64,000 nt of DNA from Cetorhinus maximus (GCF_964194155.1 NC_135901.1:38068001-38132000); one strand, 5' to 3'. Shown: positions 11,787-23,814, numbered from the stretch's first letter. The notes: generated by a model not told the origin, from the sequence alone. Program-made: numbers and translations.

Positions 11787-12435
11787 CTTCTTCTCATTCC
11801 TAATTGACACAAACTGCCTGCAGAATAAATTATCAGTCAAATGAAAAAGAAAACCACCCAAACACCCCCGTGTTTCTGACTTCAGTTCATCTGCAAATAT
11901 TCACTACATTTGGGGTCTGAATTGGAACAATAATTGGCCAAGTTGGTGACATCCTTGCTTTTGGGTGTTTGTCTCTCCTTCGGCCTCTGTCACTCTCGTT
12001 GTATGTGTCGGTGTGTGTTCCTCTGTGTGTGTCAATGCGGTTCAGTTCCCCGAGGGGATGAACACATATTCACCAACACAAACTTGATTAACATTGGTTG
12101 TGCAACTTCATATGTCAAAGAGAAAAATATCAGGATGAACGATGTATGTGGAAGGAGGTGCAGCAAAGAAGTGGAAGATGTGAATGATGATTGAGAGGAA
12201 TGCATTACAACCTTGTGGATTTTGTAGGTCGATTACCTTCCACAGTTTGAAATTCAGAACAAGCTGAGGCTCCAGGAGGAAACAACATTGATCTCCCTGA
12301 ATTTTCACATAGGAAGTAATGCGCGTGCATGCCCGGCTCGGCTGTGACAGAGACAGGGCGGGCAGAAGGCCCTCTTTGTTGGCTGTAACCATTCTATGAC
12401 TTCATATCAATAATACAGGCTTACTGTCTAGGTCT

Positions 12436-12517
12436 GTAGTCGTGGCCGAGTGGTTAAGGCGATGGATTTGAAATTCATTGGGGTTACCCAGCGCAGGTTC
12501 AAATCCTGCCGACTACG
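12436..12517 (+). tRNA. tRNA-Ser(TGA), divergent, possibly non-functional
   Basis: 82-nt type II tRNA GTAGTCGTGGCCGAGTGGTTAAGGCG...CCTGCCGACTACG with a few substitutions in the anticodon and variable arms. TTTT follows. Confidence 0.85.
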
Positions 12518-12651
12518 TTTTCCATTGTTTCTGATTTTAACCATTGATCTCAGAAACAGTAAATGGAATCGACATTTTCACAACACCTGCAATAGCAAAG
12601 ATTGACCAGTGGGTGGCAGTGAAACCGTGATTGCTCACATCACATGAAGCA

Positions 12652-13960
12652 GACGCTGTCTCAATTATTACTGCATTTGGCACTGTCTCTGTTCATATTA
12701 CATTAGACGCCGTTTCTGTTTCTATTACACTAGGACATGTCTCTGATCATATTAGAGAAGGTCATCTCTCGGTTGTTTCTGTAATTGGCTCAATCTCAGT
12801 TGTTTATGTACTGGACTAGAGCCACAATACAGTTGGCACTATCTCAGTCATGACTGCACTGAAGCAGGTCTAGGCTGAAGTTACAATAAGCCATGCCCCA
12901 GTTGGCACTGTGCTAGAGCTTGTCTCTGGTTATAGAAAACTAGAACATGTTTTTATTTGCATTTCACAAGACTCAGTCTCAGCCATTACTCCAGTTGAAC
13001 CTGCCACGTGTCTATCAAACTGGGCCCGATCTCAGGTAATGCTGCACCAATACATGTCTCCATTCATATCACACAATTCCCTGTTTCTGTTGTTATTGTC
13101 TTTTATCATGACTTTGTTATTGCTGGACTTGTTCATGTCTTTGTTTTTATTGATCTCGTACCTTTGGCGGTATTTAATTCACCAGGCACTGCGTCAGTTG
13201 ATATTAAAAAGAGCCCTGAATTATGTGAAGCTCCACTAGACCCTGTATCAGTTTTCTTAAACTGGATCCGGTCTGTGTTATTATTACACGAGGCAGGTTT
13301 GTATTACACAAGATCCTGTCTCAATTATTACTGCACTCAGCACTGCCTCACTTATGTTTCACTAGGTCGCGGCCCTGCTTATAACACACTCAATCATGTC
13401 TGCACTTATATTCCTCTAGACTGTATTTCAGAACAATTTACACTAGACTCTGTATCAGCCTGTATCACACTCGAGCTGATCTGTGTTTTTAATTAAAATG
13501 GATCCTGTCTTTGCAGAGACTTTGTCTTTGTGCCTCTGTCTCTGCTTCTATTCCATTCTCCCTTTCCCTGTTTTTACTCCACGAGATTAGATCTGTCTCT
13601 CTTACACTGGCGGAAGTCTCCGTTATTACGACTTAGATTCTGTCTCGCAAGCAATTACCCTCAGCCCTGTGCCTGTAATAACTGCCCGATTTCACTTGAT
13701 GTTGATCCAGGCCCTGTACCAGTAAACATTGCACTCGCCCCATCTCCACTATTACAGCAGTTGACCCTGTCTGTGTTAATATAGCACTCGTCCCCGTCCC
13801 TGTTATTCATGCACTAGGTCACATCTTTGCTTAAGTAACATTAGATGGCCTCTCTATTATTACTGCACTAGTAATGTCTCCGCTTAAATTGCACTAGGCC
13901 CTGTCACAGTAATTACCACACCAGGCTCTGTCTCGGTTGTTACTGCACTATTCTATGTCT
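12652..13960. repeat. Highly diverged 27-bp tandem array (~45-50 units)
   Basis: Successive 27-mers GACGCTGTCTCAATTATTACTGCATTT / GGCACTGTCTCTGTTCATATTACATTA / GACGCCGTTTCTGTTTCTATTACACTA ... GGCTCTGTCTCGGTTGTTACTGCACTA. Confidence 0.85.
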
Positions 13961-14402
13961 CTATAAGGTGGACGTTGAGTTCGAAATGGGCCTCTGACTT
14001 TGGCCTAAAACTACAGGTTTCCCATTGATTCTTTGTTCGCGCAGCTTCAGATATTCATTTTCATTACAGCCAACAGAATTACATATGAGACATCGCCTGT
14101 TCTGTGTGTGTGTGTGAAAAGAAATCATGCTGCATCATTCCACAAAGATAAAAGATTTATCTTCACCAGAATGTTTCATTTTATTTTATTTTCTCTTATT
14201 CAAACTGTAACTACAGATCGTCTAATAACGTAAATATTCATTGATAGTATATTCTGTTGTGTGGTCTTGTTTAGAAATTCATGTCATATCAACCATTTCT
14301 TTGCTAAGACGGGCACGTTTGTCACCACACTCACGTAATGTCTGACATATCTCTATCTGAGACAGCGTCTAACTCACGGAAACGTATTGTTTTCTCTCTC
14401 TC

Positions 14403-15054
14403 AGATAAAAGCAAAATACTGCGGATGCTGGAAATCTGAAACAAAAACAAAAATACTTGGAAAAACCCAGCAGGTCTGAGAGCATCTGTGGAGAGGAACA
14501 CAGTTGACGTTTCGAGTCCGTATGACTCTTCTTCAGAACTAAGGAAATGGAGAAATGCAGTGAAATATAAGCTGGTTTAAGGGGGGGTGGGGCAGGTTGG
14601 GCTGGATAGGGGGCCAGTGATAGGCGGAGGCAAAGAAAAGATGTCATAGACAAAAGGACAAAGGGGTGTTGATGGTGGTGATATTATCCAAGAAATGTGC
14701 TCATGGTGACATTAAGGGGAGCAAGCAGGACGAGCAAGTGACAGATGGCCCTAGTGGGGGTGGGGTGGGGGGAAGGGATCGAAATGGGCTAAAAGGTGGA
14801 GATAAAACAATAGATCGAAATAAATTTAAAAATAGGTGGGAAAAGAAAAATATATTTTTTTTAAAATTATAAATTATTGGAAAAAGGGGGATCGGAAAGG
14901 GGGTGGGGATGGAGGAGAGAGTTCATGATCTGAAATTGTAGAACTCCATATTAAGTCCGGAAGGCTGTAAAGTCAGAAGATGAGGTGCTGTTTCCCCAGT
15001 TTGCATTGAGCTTCACTGGAACAATGCAGCAGACCAAGGACGGACATGTGGGCA
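14403..15054 (-). mobile_element. 3' part of a Penelope-like element (end of GIY-YIG, 3' UTR, terminal repeat)
   Basis: Reverse complement is collinear with 4370-4994 and continues into the 1684-1725 sequence. Confidence 0.88.
14502..14540 (-). ncRNA. Minimal type I hammerhead ribozyme with intact core
   Basis: Minus strand reads AGUU-CUGAAGA-A-GAGUC auacg GACUC-GAAA-CGUC-AACU. It has the CUGANGA/GAAA core, a perfect 5-bp stem II, a 4-bp stem I, a palindromic ACGU stem III and a GUC cleavage triplet. Confidence 0.8.
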
Positions 15055-15057
15055 TTG

Positions 15058-15597
15058 TCTGCGTCTGTGTGTGTGCACGTTTGCAAATGTGAGTGAGTGC
15101 CTGTGTGTGTGTGTTGGTGGTGTGTGTGTGTCGGCATGTGTCAGTATGTGTGGTGTGNNNNNNNNNNNNNNNNNNNNNNNNNNNNNNNNNNNNNNNNNNN
15201 NNNNNNNNNNNNNNNNNNNNNNNNNNNNNNNNNNNNNNNNNNNNNNNNNNNNNNNNNNNNNNNNNNNNNNNNNNNNNNNNNNNNNNNGTGTGTTTGTGCT
15301 CCTGTGTGTGTGTGTGTGTGTGTGTGTGTCTTTGTGTTCTCTGTCTGTGTATGAGTGTGCATCTGTGTGTGTGTTTATGCGTATGTGTGTGTGTTTCTGT
15401 GTGTGTGTGTCTTTGTGCATGCATGCATGTATGTCTGTGTGCACCTGTGTACGTCTGTTTCTTTGTATATGTGTGTGTGCCTGTGTGCGTGTTTATCTGT
15501 ATGTATGTATTGGTGTGTGCCTGTTTATGTTTACGCATGTACATCTGGGTCTGCCTGTGTGTGTGTGCGTGCGCGTGTGTGTATGTGTTTGTGTGTG
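15058..15597. repeat. Degenerate (TG)n microsatellite containing a 130-N gap (15158-15287)
   Basis: Directly visible. Confidence 0.95.
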
Positions 15598-15619
15598 AGA
15601 CACGTCATATTGTTTGCAA

Positions 15620-16460
15620 GTGAATTTCACAATGATCTTCGCCATCCTTCCATTCATGAAAGATGATGGACATGCAGCAAACGAATCTATTCAGATGGGT
15701 TGTCTCCAGGTGCTGCACAGTTTCTGATGGCTGAGCTCAATCCTTGAGGGGCAGTTTCTGTCACAAGTGTCTCACGTGAAGCTACAAGTGATGTTATGGG
15801 TTGTTGTTTCCAGTCTTGGCATCTGTTGCCAAGCCGCTGTAGCCAATGGACATCATGGTGATGCACAACAGTCCACAGGAAGTCTCGCCATCTTCCTCTG
15901 TCGTCATCTAGTGAAATTCATGTATGATAATCGTGAATTAGGGCCTCCATGTCACGCTTGTGAGTGTCATACAAGCAGAGCTTTGGGTGTCTCACTGGCT
16001 GCCCGGCCCTTAGCTCTGTGACCACCTTCCATCATGTAAACGGGTCCGAGCCATCCAACGGTTTGATGAGCCTAACAGACTTGGGAGTCTGTCTTTGTGA
16101 GGACTGCCACTTCCTGATTTTGTCCCGCCAGGAGGTACCCAATAACCACCGCACACAGTGCAGATGGAAATTGCGGAGTTTCTTTCCTTGATAGGTGTAA
16201 GTCCTCCTTGTTTCACAGCCAGACAAGGTACTGAGGACACAGCCCTAATACACCATCAGCTTGGCCCCAAGGGTCAGCTTGATGCTAATCTATGCACGGT
16301 TCATGAGCCAGGTGATATCTGTTTCCCCCGTGCGTGTATCAGGAACTGCATCAAGGAGCAGACTGTCTGTCACCGTGGAACTTGGGGAGCAGTATTAACT
16401 AACCACTTCCAGCCGGGTGTTATCTAGTGTGATCAATGGCGGAAGTGCAACACCTTGCCC
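15620..16460 (-). mobile_element. RTE-clade LINE 3' fragment
   Basis: Minus-strand peptides such as SGCET..TY..QGKKLRNFHLHCVRWLLGTSWRDKI and KLTLGAKLMVY are typical of the RTE RT C-terminus. Confidence 0.75.
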
Positions 16461-16696
16461 TTTAAACATGGTTTTCTAGAAGTTTTCAGTCAAAAAGAAC
16501 AAGTTACAAGCATGGGAGAGATGGTGAATGAGTCGCTGTTGGTTTTGCAGGTTTCTTGTACACAGAATTCAGTACGGGGGGCAGGGGTGCGCTTATGCTC
16601 TGCCATTGCAGGCCTATTGTATTGAAAACCGTGCTATTAATTCCAGAATCTATGATCCAAATGTGGTTCCACATGTAGCAGCTCCAGTAAAACCTC

Positions 16697-16791
16697 TGCT
16701 CCAGGTGAGGATTGAACTCTCAGCCTCAGCATAGCCCGCTGATCGCACTGCTCTATAAGTACCGCGCACTAACCGATTGCGCCACTGGAGT
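16697..16791 (-). tRNA. Intron-containing tRNA-Ile(TAT), divergent or probable pseudogene
   Basis: Reverse complement ACTCCAGTGGCGCAATCGGTTAGTGCGCGGTACTTATA-[21-nt intron GAGCAGTGCGATCAGCGGGCT]-ATGCTGAGGCTGAGAGTTCAATCCTCACCTGGAGCA. It has G1>A and a T-stem mismatch. Confidence 0.85.
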
Positions 16792-17565
16792 GCACACCAA
16801 TGGCTGCATTTGATCAGGTTACATTTTTTACGGATCACTGGGGTCAGACATGATTCCTTGGTGGCAGATTGGTCAATGTGATCTCAATAAAATTTAATGA
16901 TATTGTATGAACTGCAATATATTTTGAATAAAATGAAATGTCGACAATGGGCCAGGGAAACTTTGTTAATTTTCACACACTGAGCATGGACACTGCAGAG
17001 GCTCCTGCGCCTCTTTCAATATTGTTTATCTTAACTCAGGGTTTTCAAAAGGGAATTGGACAAATATTTGAAATGGAGAAGCTGCTGGGTTATGAAGAAA
17101 GAGAAAGATATTGATACTAACTGGGCAGCTCTTTGAAAAAAGCTGGCGAGGGCACGATGGGTCCTAATGAGCTGTGAACTTTTACGATTACATTGCTCGA
17201 TCAATTTCTCTCTGGAATTCCTAAATATCCCAACCCAATCCTATTTCTGCAAAGCATAATCCAGAACTACCGCATGATGACACAATTTGAAATTCTATAC
17301 AAGTCCCTCTGGCTAACTCGCTGCGCGGGGTTTCTGTTGTGTCAGCCATGATCTTATTGAATGGCGGAGCAGCATCATAAAACTGAATGGCCGCTGTTCC
17401 TCTGACCCGGGCTGAATGGCCTCAAGATGTGGTGTTACCTTGGCTCTGATTTTATGGAACTGTGAGGGGCTCGAGCGACAAAATGGTCTGTTCCTGCTGC
17501 TACTTATTATGCTCTTATTCAGCACCAATACCACTCCAGGCAATAGTTACTATCATATTGCCAGC

Positions 17566-17647
17566 AGAAGCGTGTTTGGGTGGTCCAAGGCTCTGGATTT
17601 AGGCTGCAGCCTCTATCGAGTCGTGGATTTGAATCTCATCACTGTCA
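17566..17647 (+). pseudogene. tRNA-Leu(TAG) pseudogene
   Basis: GGTCCAAGGCTCTGGATTTAGGCTGCAG...GTGGATTTGAATCTCATCACTGTCA is collinear with Leu-TAG. Confidence 0.7.
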
Positions 17648-17863
17648 AAGTTTTGGTTGGTTAGTCCTTTCAGACGTTTCATCAAATCACTTAGGATAGG
17701 ATCGGGGCATTTGACATGAGGTGTGTTTCGTCTTGGTAGGAAGAACAAGGGAGACTGTAGGAATTGCAGGGTGAGTGCTAATAGGTGGGGCTAAATGCTC
17801 TCAGTCTCTGCTGTACCCATTCCATGGTTTTACATGAACAACATTTACACCAGTGTCATGTCT

Positions 17864-17943
17864 CCAGTCATGGCTGAGTGATTAAGGCGATGGATTGGAA
17901 CTCCACTGGGATCTGCCCCTGCAGTTGCTTCCTGCCGATTGCG
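17864..17943 (+). pseudogene. tRNA-Ser pseudogene
   Basis: AGTCATGGCTGAGTGATTAAGGCGATGGA...CCTGCCGATTGCG is collinear with the Ser gene at 12436. Confidence 0.7.
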
Positions 17944-19049
17944 CTGCTCAGTGTTCCTTCCTTTTGGAACCTCCAGAATTAACTATTGGCTAAATTGAGT
18001 CAGAACCTTCCAAACGCTCCCGTCTGTTTTTCCTGTTTCACTTCTATGCTCCTTCTTTCCTGTTCATCCACAAGCATTCACAGAATCTGCAGTCAGAAAT
18101 GGAACAAAGCTGAGTTAAATTGGTGACATCCTTGCTTTCTGAGAGTTTGCCTCTCCTCAGAGACAATACCTAGCCCGCTTTCACTCTCGGTGTATATGTC
18201 TGTGTGTGTTCATCTGTGCGTGTCAATGTGGCTCAGTTCCCCGAGGGGTGGACACATTTTTACTATCGCAAAACTTTATTCACTTGCATTATATACCTTC
18301 ATGGTAAATGATACAAAGAATAACAACAGGTTTAAAAGTTGCAAGAGGAGATTGACGCTTTCAGTGTTTATTTAAGTGGAGGCTGCTTATTGATTCAGTG
18401 TCCATATGTGACACAGCGGAGGAAGATTGAAATTTTCACTGAGCAACATTTGAACAGACAGTGGATTCACTCGATGTGATGGTGTGTTCCAGTTCAGTAC
18501 ATGCAATCAGAGAATCAATTTCTATTCGTTTCTTTGAACCCAATCTTTCCAATAGGATGGATCTTATGCACATTTTTCCTCCATTTTCTCGCTTTATATG
18601 AAATGAATAATCATAAATCTATTTGTGTGGGAACTTACCGAATAACAGCAGAGCTGGCAAAGTTTGGACAAGATTTCCTTGTAGACAAAGGACACAAAGC
18701 AGAACTATGCCGTTAATATAAGTAGAAGCAGGAAAAGAGGGAGCTTACTTGATCCTAGGTGGTCTTAAACCATTAAACCTTCAGTTGGAAGCTAATTTCG
18801 TTCAAAAAGTATGCTATAAAAACACCCTAATTATTCAGATTCAGTGCTTTCACCGCCTGGGCTCTATTCCCTGTCTCGATGTTGTGCAAAATGTCGTAAC
18901 CAGCAGCCAATTTATGGTTTGGAAAAGAGTCATATTAAACTTGAAACCTTCACTCTGTTTCTCCCTTCATATTTGCTGTCAGACCTGCTGAGAACTTTCA
19001 GCACTTTTTGTTTTTATTATAACATGAATTACTGTCTTTATCATACACA

Positions 19050-19915
19050 TGAGCACAAGAAATAGGAGCAGGAGTAGACCACACAGCCCATCGAACCTGC
19101 TCCATCATTCAATTCAATCATGTCTGATCTTGGGTTTGAACTCCATTATCCTGCCCATTCTCCATATCCCTTAGTTCCCCAAGAGAGCAAAAACCTGTCC
19201 ATCCCGGCATTAAATGTATTCAATGATGGAGCATCCACAACCCTCTGGATAGAGAATTCAAAGATTCACAACCCTTTGGGTGAAGTAATTTCTCCTCATC
19301 GCAGCCCGAAATTATCGGCCCTTTACCCTGAGACTGTGCCTCAGTGTTTTAGACTCCCTGGCCAGTGGAAACAATCTGTGTCCACCCTATCAAGCCCCCT
19401 CAGAATTTTGTAAGGTTCAATGAGATTGCCTTTCATTCTTCTGTTATATAGTATTCTTCTTTTATAGAAGCCCAATTTATTCAGCCTCTCATCATAGGAC
19501 AACCATCTCATTCCAGAGACCAATTTAGTGAACCTTTCCTGCACCATGAAAACAGCACACGGGATTCTCAATGCCGTCTCACCAAAACCCTTCTTTAAAG
19601 ACTTCTTTATTCTTGCTCTCCAATCCCCTTGTAATAAAGGCCAATATGCCACTGGGCTTCCTAATTTCTTGCTGCCCCTGCATGCTAACTTTCTACTTTG
19701 CTTGTGCAAGGAACACCCAAGTCTCTTTAAACATCAGCACTTATAACTTTCTCACATTTTAAACGCATTCTGCTGTTCTAATTTTTACAGCGAAGTGAAC
19801 ATATTCGCACCTGCCTACATTATATTCCATCAACCATCTTGTTGGCCACTCACATGACTTTCCGATATCTTTCTGCAGTGCTCTCCTCAAAGGTTACCTT
19901 GCCACCAAATTTCAT
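19050..19915 (-). mobile_element. CR1 LINE 3' fragment
   Basis: 3' tail motif plus RT C-terminal peptide (VQERFTKLVSGM..LSYDERL..RMKGNLIE.YKILRGLDRVD). Confidence 0.85.
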
Positions 19916-19928
19916 AAATTTAAACTAT

Positions 19929-20001
19929 AGGCCCCAGTGAGAATTGAACTCACGACCGCTGGTTTACAAGACCAGTGCTCTAACCACTGAGCTATGGAGC
20001 C
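19929..20001 (-). tRNA. tRNA-Thr(TGT)
   Basis: Reverse complement GGCTCCATAGCTCAGTGGTTAGAGCACTGGTCTTGTAAACCAGCGGTCGTGAGTTCAATTCTCACTGGGGCCT; all stems pair. Confidence 0.93.
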
Positions 20002-20660
20002 GCTTGCTACATCCTACTCACAGTAAGTCTCCTAGTGGAACGTGGAACAGGACAAATTTCTGCATGGTTGATATTTGATAGACCTGGAAATGTCTGAGAC
20101 GGAGAACAAAGAATTAAAAGATGCGACATGAAAACGGCAGAATTTGATGTGTGTCAGTTGCTTTCACTGATGAATGTCTGCCGTGGTAATGTGGTAATAA
20201 TTTTACTGCCGCATGTTTACACTGACACAAATATCACTCCTGACCAATCAATCGCAACTGCTCTTTGAAAGCAGCGCGCCAGGCCGAATGGCCTCTTTCT
20301 TTGCTGTAACTGTCTATAATTTGATGTCGCCCAGCATCATTTCCCAGTCATTCCGACATTTTATTACACACAATGGGGAATGTACTTTCTCACATTCTCG
20401 CTTTTGAAGTCAAGGCACTGAGCAAACTCAAAGTTTTTCTTTAATTCCTGCACAGGATTTGGAACCAGACCAGTTGAACGACACTTTATTGGTGCCAATC
20501 CTTTCACTGCAGCTCACCCCTTAAAAACAGCGGCTGTCATTGCCCGAAGATGTCATTTATGATAAAATTCTGTAGGAGAAACTTATCTCTGGTGAAAGTA
20601 CCTGAAAAATGGCAAATGCAGCGTAGATAAAGCACGTTGCAATGGTTATAGATAGCTTTC

Positions 20661-20730
20661 TCTCTTAAATTAGAGGTGAGGATTCGGCCCTTTCACCGCC
20701 GTGGCCCGGACTCGATTGCCGGCCAGGCAA
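20661..20730 (+). pseudogene. tRNA-Glu(TTC) pseudogene
   Basis: AGGATTCGGCCCTTTCACCGCCGTGGCCCGGACTCGATTGCCGGCCAGGCAA; the 5' end is degenerate. Confidence 0.75.
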
Positions 20731-21474
20731 TGAAGGTTTATTGATCTGGTACAAACTGTTAAAACAAGCCTGATTTACTTATTGATTGAAAACCGAAACG
20801 CACAACAGCTCCGCCCGAATCAGTGGAGTGAGAGTTGAAGTTTCACATCAGAGCTGCAAATGTCACACGTGGAACAGCTTCGAGAAGAAATACAGTTCCT
20901 ACTGTCCGAGGGATATCAGTTTGGACTTTTTGCATTTACACATTCATTCTCTCGATGTGTCCATTGCCTTAACCACTCGACCACATGGACAACTGTCTGT
21001 TTAAATGTTGCTCAGTGAAAATTTCAATCATCCTCCTCTTTGTAGCAAACAGACACTGAGCAGCTGAATAGTCTCCACCCAAAAATGCAGAAACAAAATT
21101 CCTCTTGAACCTTTTAAACCTGTTTTTATTTTCTCTCTACGATTTAATATGAAGCCACAAAACTAAGGTGAATAAAGTGTGGATGGTGAAAATGAGGAAC
21201 TGAACCACATTGAAACACACAGTGGAACACACATTGACATGTACACCGAGAGTGACAGAGGCCTAAGGAGAGACAAACACCCAGAAAGAAAGGATGTCAC
21301 CAAACCGGCTAAGTTTTGTTCCATTTCCGTCTGCAGATTTCGCAAATCCTTGCAGATGAATGGAAATAAGAAAGCGCGGGAGTTTTTGTTTGATTCTATT
21401 TAATCGATAACTAATCCTGTTGGCACCTGGTTAAAATCAGGAACAACGAGAACCGCAGTCAGCAAACCAACATT

Positions 21475-21530
21475 GGGGAAACCCCGATGGATGTCAGAAC
21501 CATCGCCCTCAACATTCGTCCGCGACTAAC
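21475..21530 (-). pseudogene. tRNA-Ser fragment
   Basis: GGGGAAACCCCGATGGATG..CCATCGCC..CGCGACTA is the reverse complement of the 5' two-thirds of a Ser tRNA. A similar fragment lies at ~20959-20986. Confidence 0.55.
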
Positions 21531-21805
21531 AGCACTTCATTGGGTAAAACAGGTTCATATTAAACCAGAGGCGGCTATAAAGTAAGTCTTTCGGCCCGTC
21601 GTGTCTATGCTGGAAGAGCAACTAAACCAATTCCACACACCCGCCTTTCCTCCACAACAATTTCTATTTACATTGTCTCTCCTCGTTCACCCTGTCAAGA
21701 TAAAGGACCATAATCCGCCCCACTCCCCGTATTAAACTGGATTTGTCTCTTGCTCACCCAAAGGGAATTCCAAATGTGTCCGAAAGTGGGAAGCAACTGA
21801 AAATT

Positions 21806-21860
21806 TGGTAGCGGCGGGAGTCGGACCCACTCCTCCAGAGACTGAACCTTAATCCAGCTC
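21806..21860 (-). pseudogene. tRNA-Leu(AAG) 3' fragment
   Basis: TGGTAGCGGCGGGAGTCGGACCCACTCCTCC..AGAGACTG..CCTTAATCCAGC. A related fragment lies at ~25689-25737. Confidence 0.6.
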
Positions 21861-22231
21861 TCCAGTTTGTAGAGAAAATGGAATTAGATTGTAGACAGCA
21901 GCTCAGAAATAACGATGACCTGCTTGATCAGGATAAAGTTCTTTTGTAACTCGATATGAAATCAATTGCATAAATAAATAATGTTTGTATCGAAAACTGT
22001 CTGAGGAATCCTAGTCCAACTCTTCATGTCATTGGTCAGAGAAACTTTGTTAACTAAGGCAAACTGTGCATGGATTCTGCAGAAACTCCTTCTTTAAGCA
22101 AGAAATGGACAATGATTGAAAGAGGGAAAACTCAGGTTTAAGTAAAGAGAGAAGGAATTTGAGACGAATTGGTTAGCTCTTTAAAAATAGCTGGCACAGA
22201 TACGATGGGATGAAGGGCTTCACGTTGTAGT

Positions 22232-22456
22232 AAAAACAGGAAATGCTGGAAAACTCAACAGGTCTGACAACACCTGTGGAGAGAGAAGCAGAGTTAATGC
22301 TTCAAGTCGGCATGAATCTGAAGAAGAGACATACGGACTCGAAACGTTAACTCAGCTTCTCTCTCCACAGATGTTGCCAGACCTGATGAGTTTTTCCCAG
22401 CACTTTCTGTTTTTATTTCAGATTTCCAGCATCTATAATATTTTGCTTTCATCTTA
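22232..22456. mobile_element. Head-to-head pair of PLE-terminus elements, with a hammerhead at 22318-22352
   Basis: Left arm 22232-22314 is the reverse complement of the right arm ~22330-22414. The right arm starts CTGAAGAAGAGACATACGGACTCGAAACGTTAAC. Confidence 0.8.
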
Positions 22457-22912
22457 GATCCTCTTACTGCGCTGTGCCATTTGATGATGACATTGTTGAT
22501 CAGTCTGTCTCCAGCATTCCTAATGAGAACAGCCGAATTCCATTTCTTCAAAACAAAGACCCAAAGTGCTGCTGCGTGACGTCACCACTTAACATTCCAG
22601 ACAGCTCCATTGGGATCTTTACAGCGCAGGGTTTGAGCAGGGCAGTGGGGGTCATGGTCGTTTCACATGTGACAAGAGCAGCGGTTTGAAGCGGGGCAAG
22701 AGCATTATCCAAACTTATTCATTTAAGTGTGAGTGAATGTTCAATAATTTACATTTGTTGTTAAAAATGAACACATGGGTTCGAACCCTGCCGCCTGAGG
22801 ATTTATCATTTAAATAGGAGAAAACCCACCCAAACACACCCGTGTTTTCTTATTCATTTGTCAGCATTCAGGAGGTGGCGTATTGGCATTGTCACTGGGC
22901 TAGAAATCCAGA

Positions 22913-23046
22913 GATAAAAGCACAATGCTGTGAATGCGGGAAATCTGAAATAAAAACGGAAAATGCTGGAAAAATTCAGTATGTCTGGCAGCATCTCTGG
23001 AGAGAGAAACAGAGTTGTTTCTATTCCGTGTGACTCTTCTTCAGAA
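22913..23046 (-). mobile_element. Short PLE-terminus-derived element
   Basis: Reverse complement starts TTCTGAAGAAGAGTCACACGGA and ends TTGTGCTTTTATCT. Confidence 0.7.
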
Positions 23047-23750
23047 AGCAGCACACTGGGCCCAAAGGCTTCTTTCTTTGCTATAGCTTTCTATAATCTT
23101 ATGTTTCCCAACACCACGGTTACTTCTTTCACAGTCATTCTGTCATTTTATAATCCCTCTTGCGAGTGGGTTCAAAGTTAACAATGTGCACAAGACTGGA
23201 AGGAGTCTGTGACTGTGGATAATCCGCACTCTGCACATTCCTGTGATCAGTATCTAGGAGAATCAGGAAGATGAGATCTCAGATTATCTTTACCATGTCA
23301 TCTGCAAACTCATTCTTTCTAAAAACCTTGGGTCCCACATTCCCTGTCCAGGGAAAGCTTGGGTTCATGAACTGACTGTGTCTACATCAAGCAGCTAATT
23401 GACCTGGGAGCTGGATGGGCAGAGGGTGCTGGATGCGAGGCAGGGACAGAAGCAGAAACAGATGCGACATGAAAGTGTTTAGAATTGAATGTGTCAGTTG
23501 CTTTTAGTGATGAATGCCTGCCGCGTGTTCACTTGGAAGTTTCACAGGAGCCGCAGTGATGAGGTTGGTGGGTTTTGGAAATTGAAAGTTGCACATGAGC
23601 AGCTTGTGGAGCTATTTCACCTCACTGTCAATTTCATGTTCCAGCTCACAGAAACAGTTGTTGTCATTGACTGAAGAATTCATTCCATTTAAAATGGAAA
23701 CATGGATAAAAGCAGCGCCCATAAACCAAGCTGATAAGAGCTCCCCAGCT

Positions 23751-23814
23751 TCCCTGGCGGTCAGGGTTTGGCGCTCTCACCGCCGCAGCATGGGTTCGAT
23801 TCCCGGTCAGGGAA
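23751..23814 (+). pseudogene. tRNA-Glu(CTC) pseudogene with 8-nt D-arm deletion
   Basis: Inverted paralog of 7580-7651 with shared flanks; lacks TCTAGTGG. Confidence 0.85.

Noticed and set aside
14951-15666. Long His/Thr- and Cys/Val-rich ORFs
   Set aside because: Translations of a (TG)n microsatellite spanning an N gap.
22476-22545. C/D-box snoRNA (TGATGA present)
   Set aside because: No CTGA D box at a suitable distance and no terminal stem.
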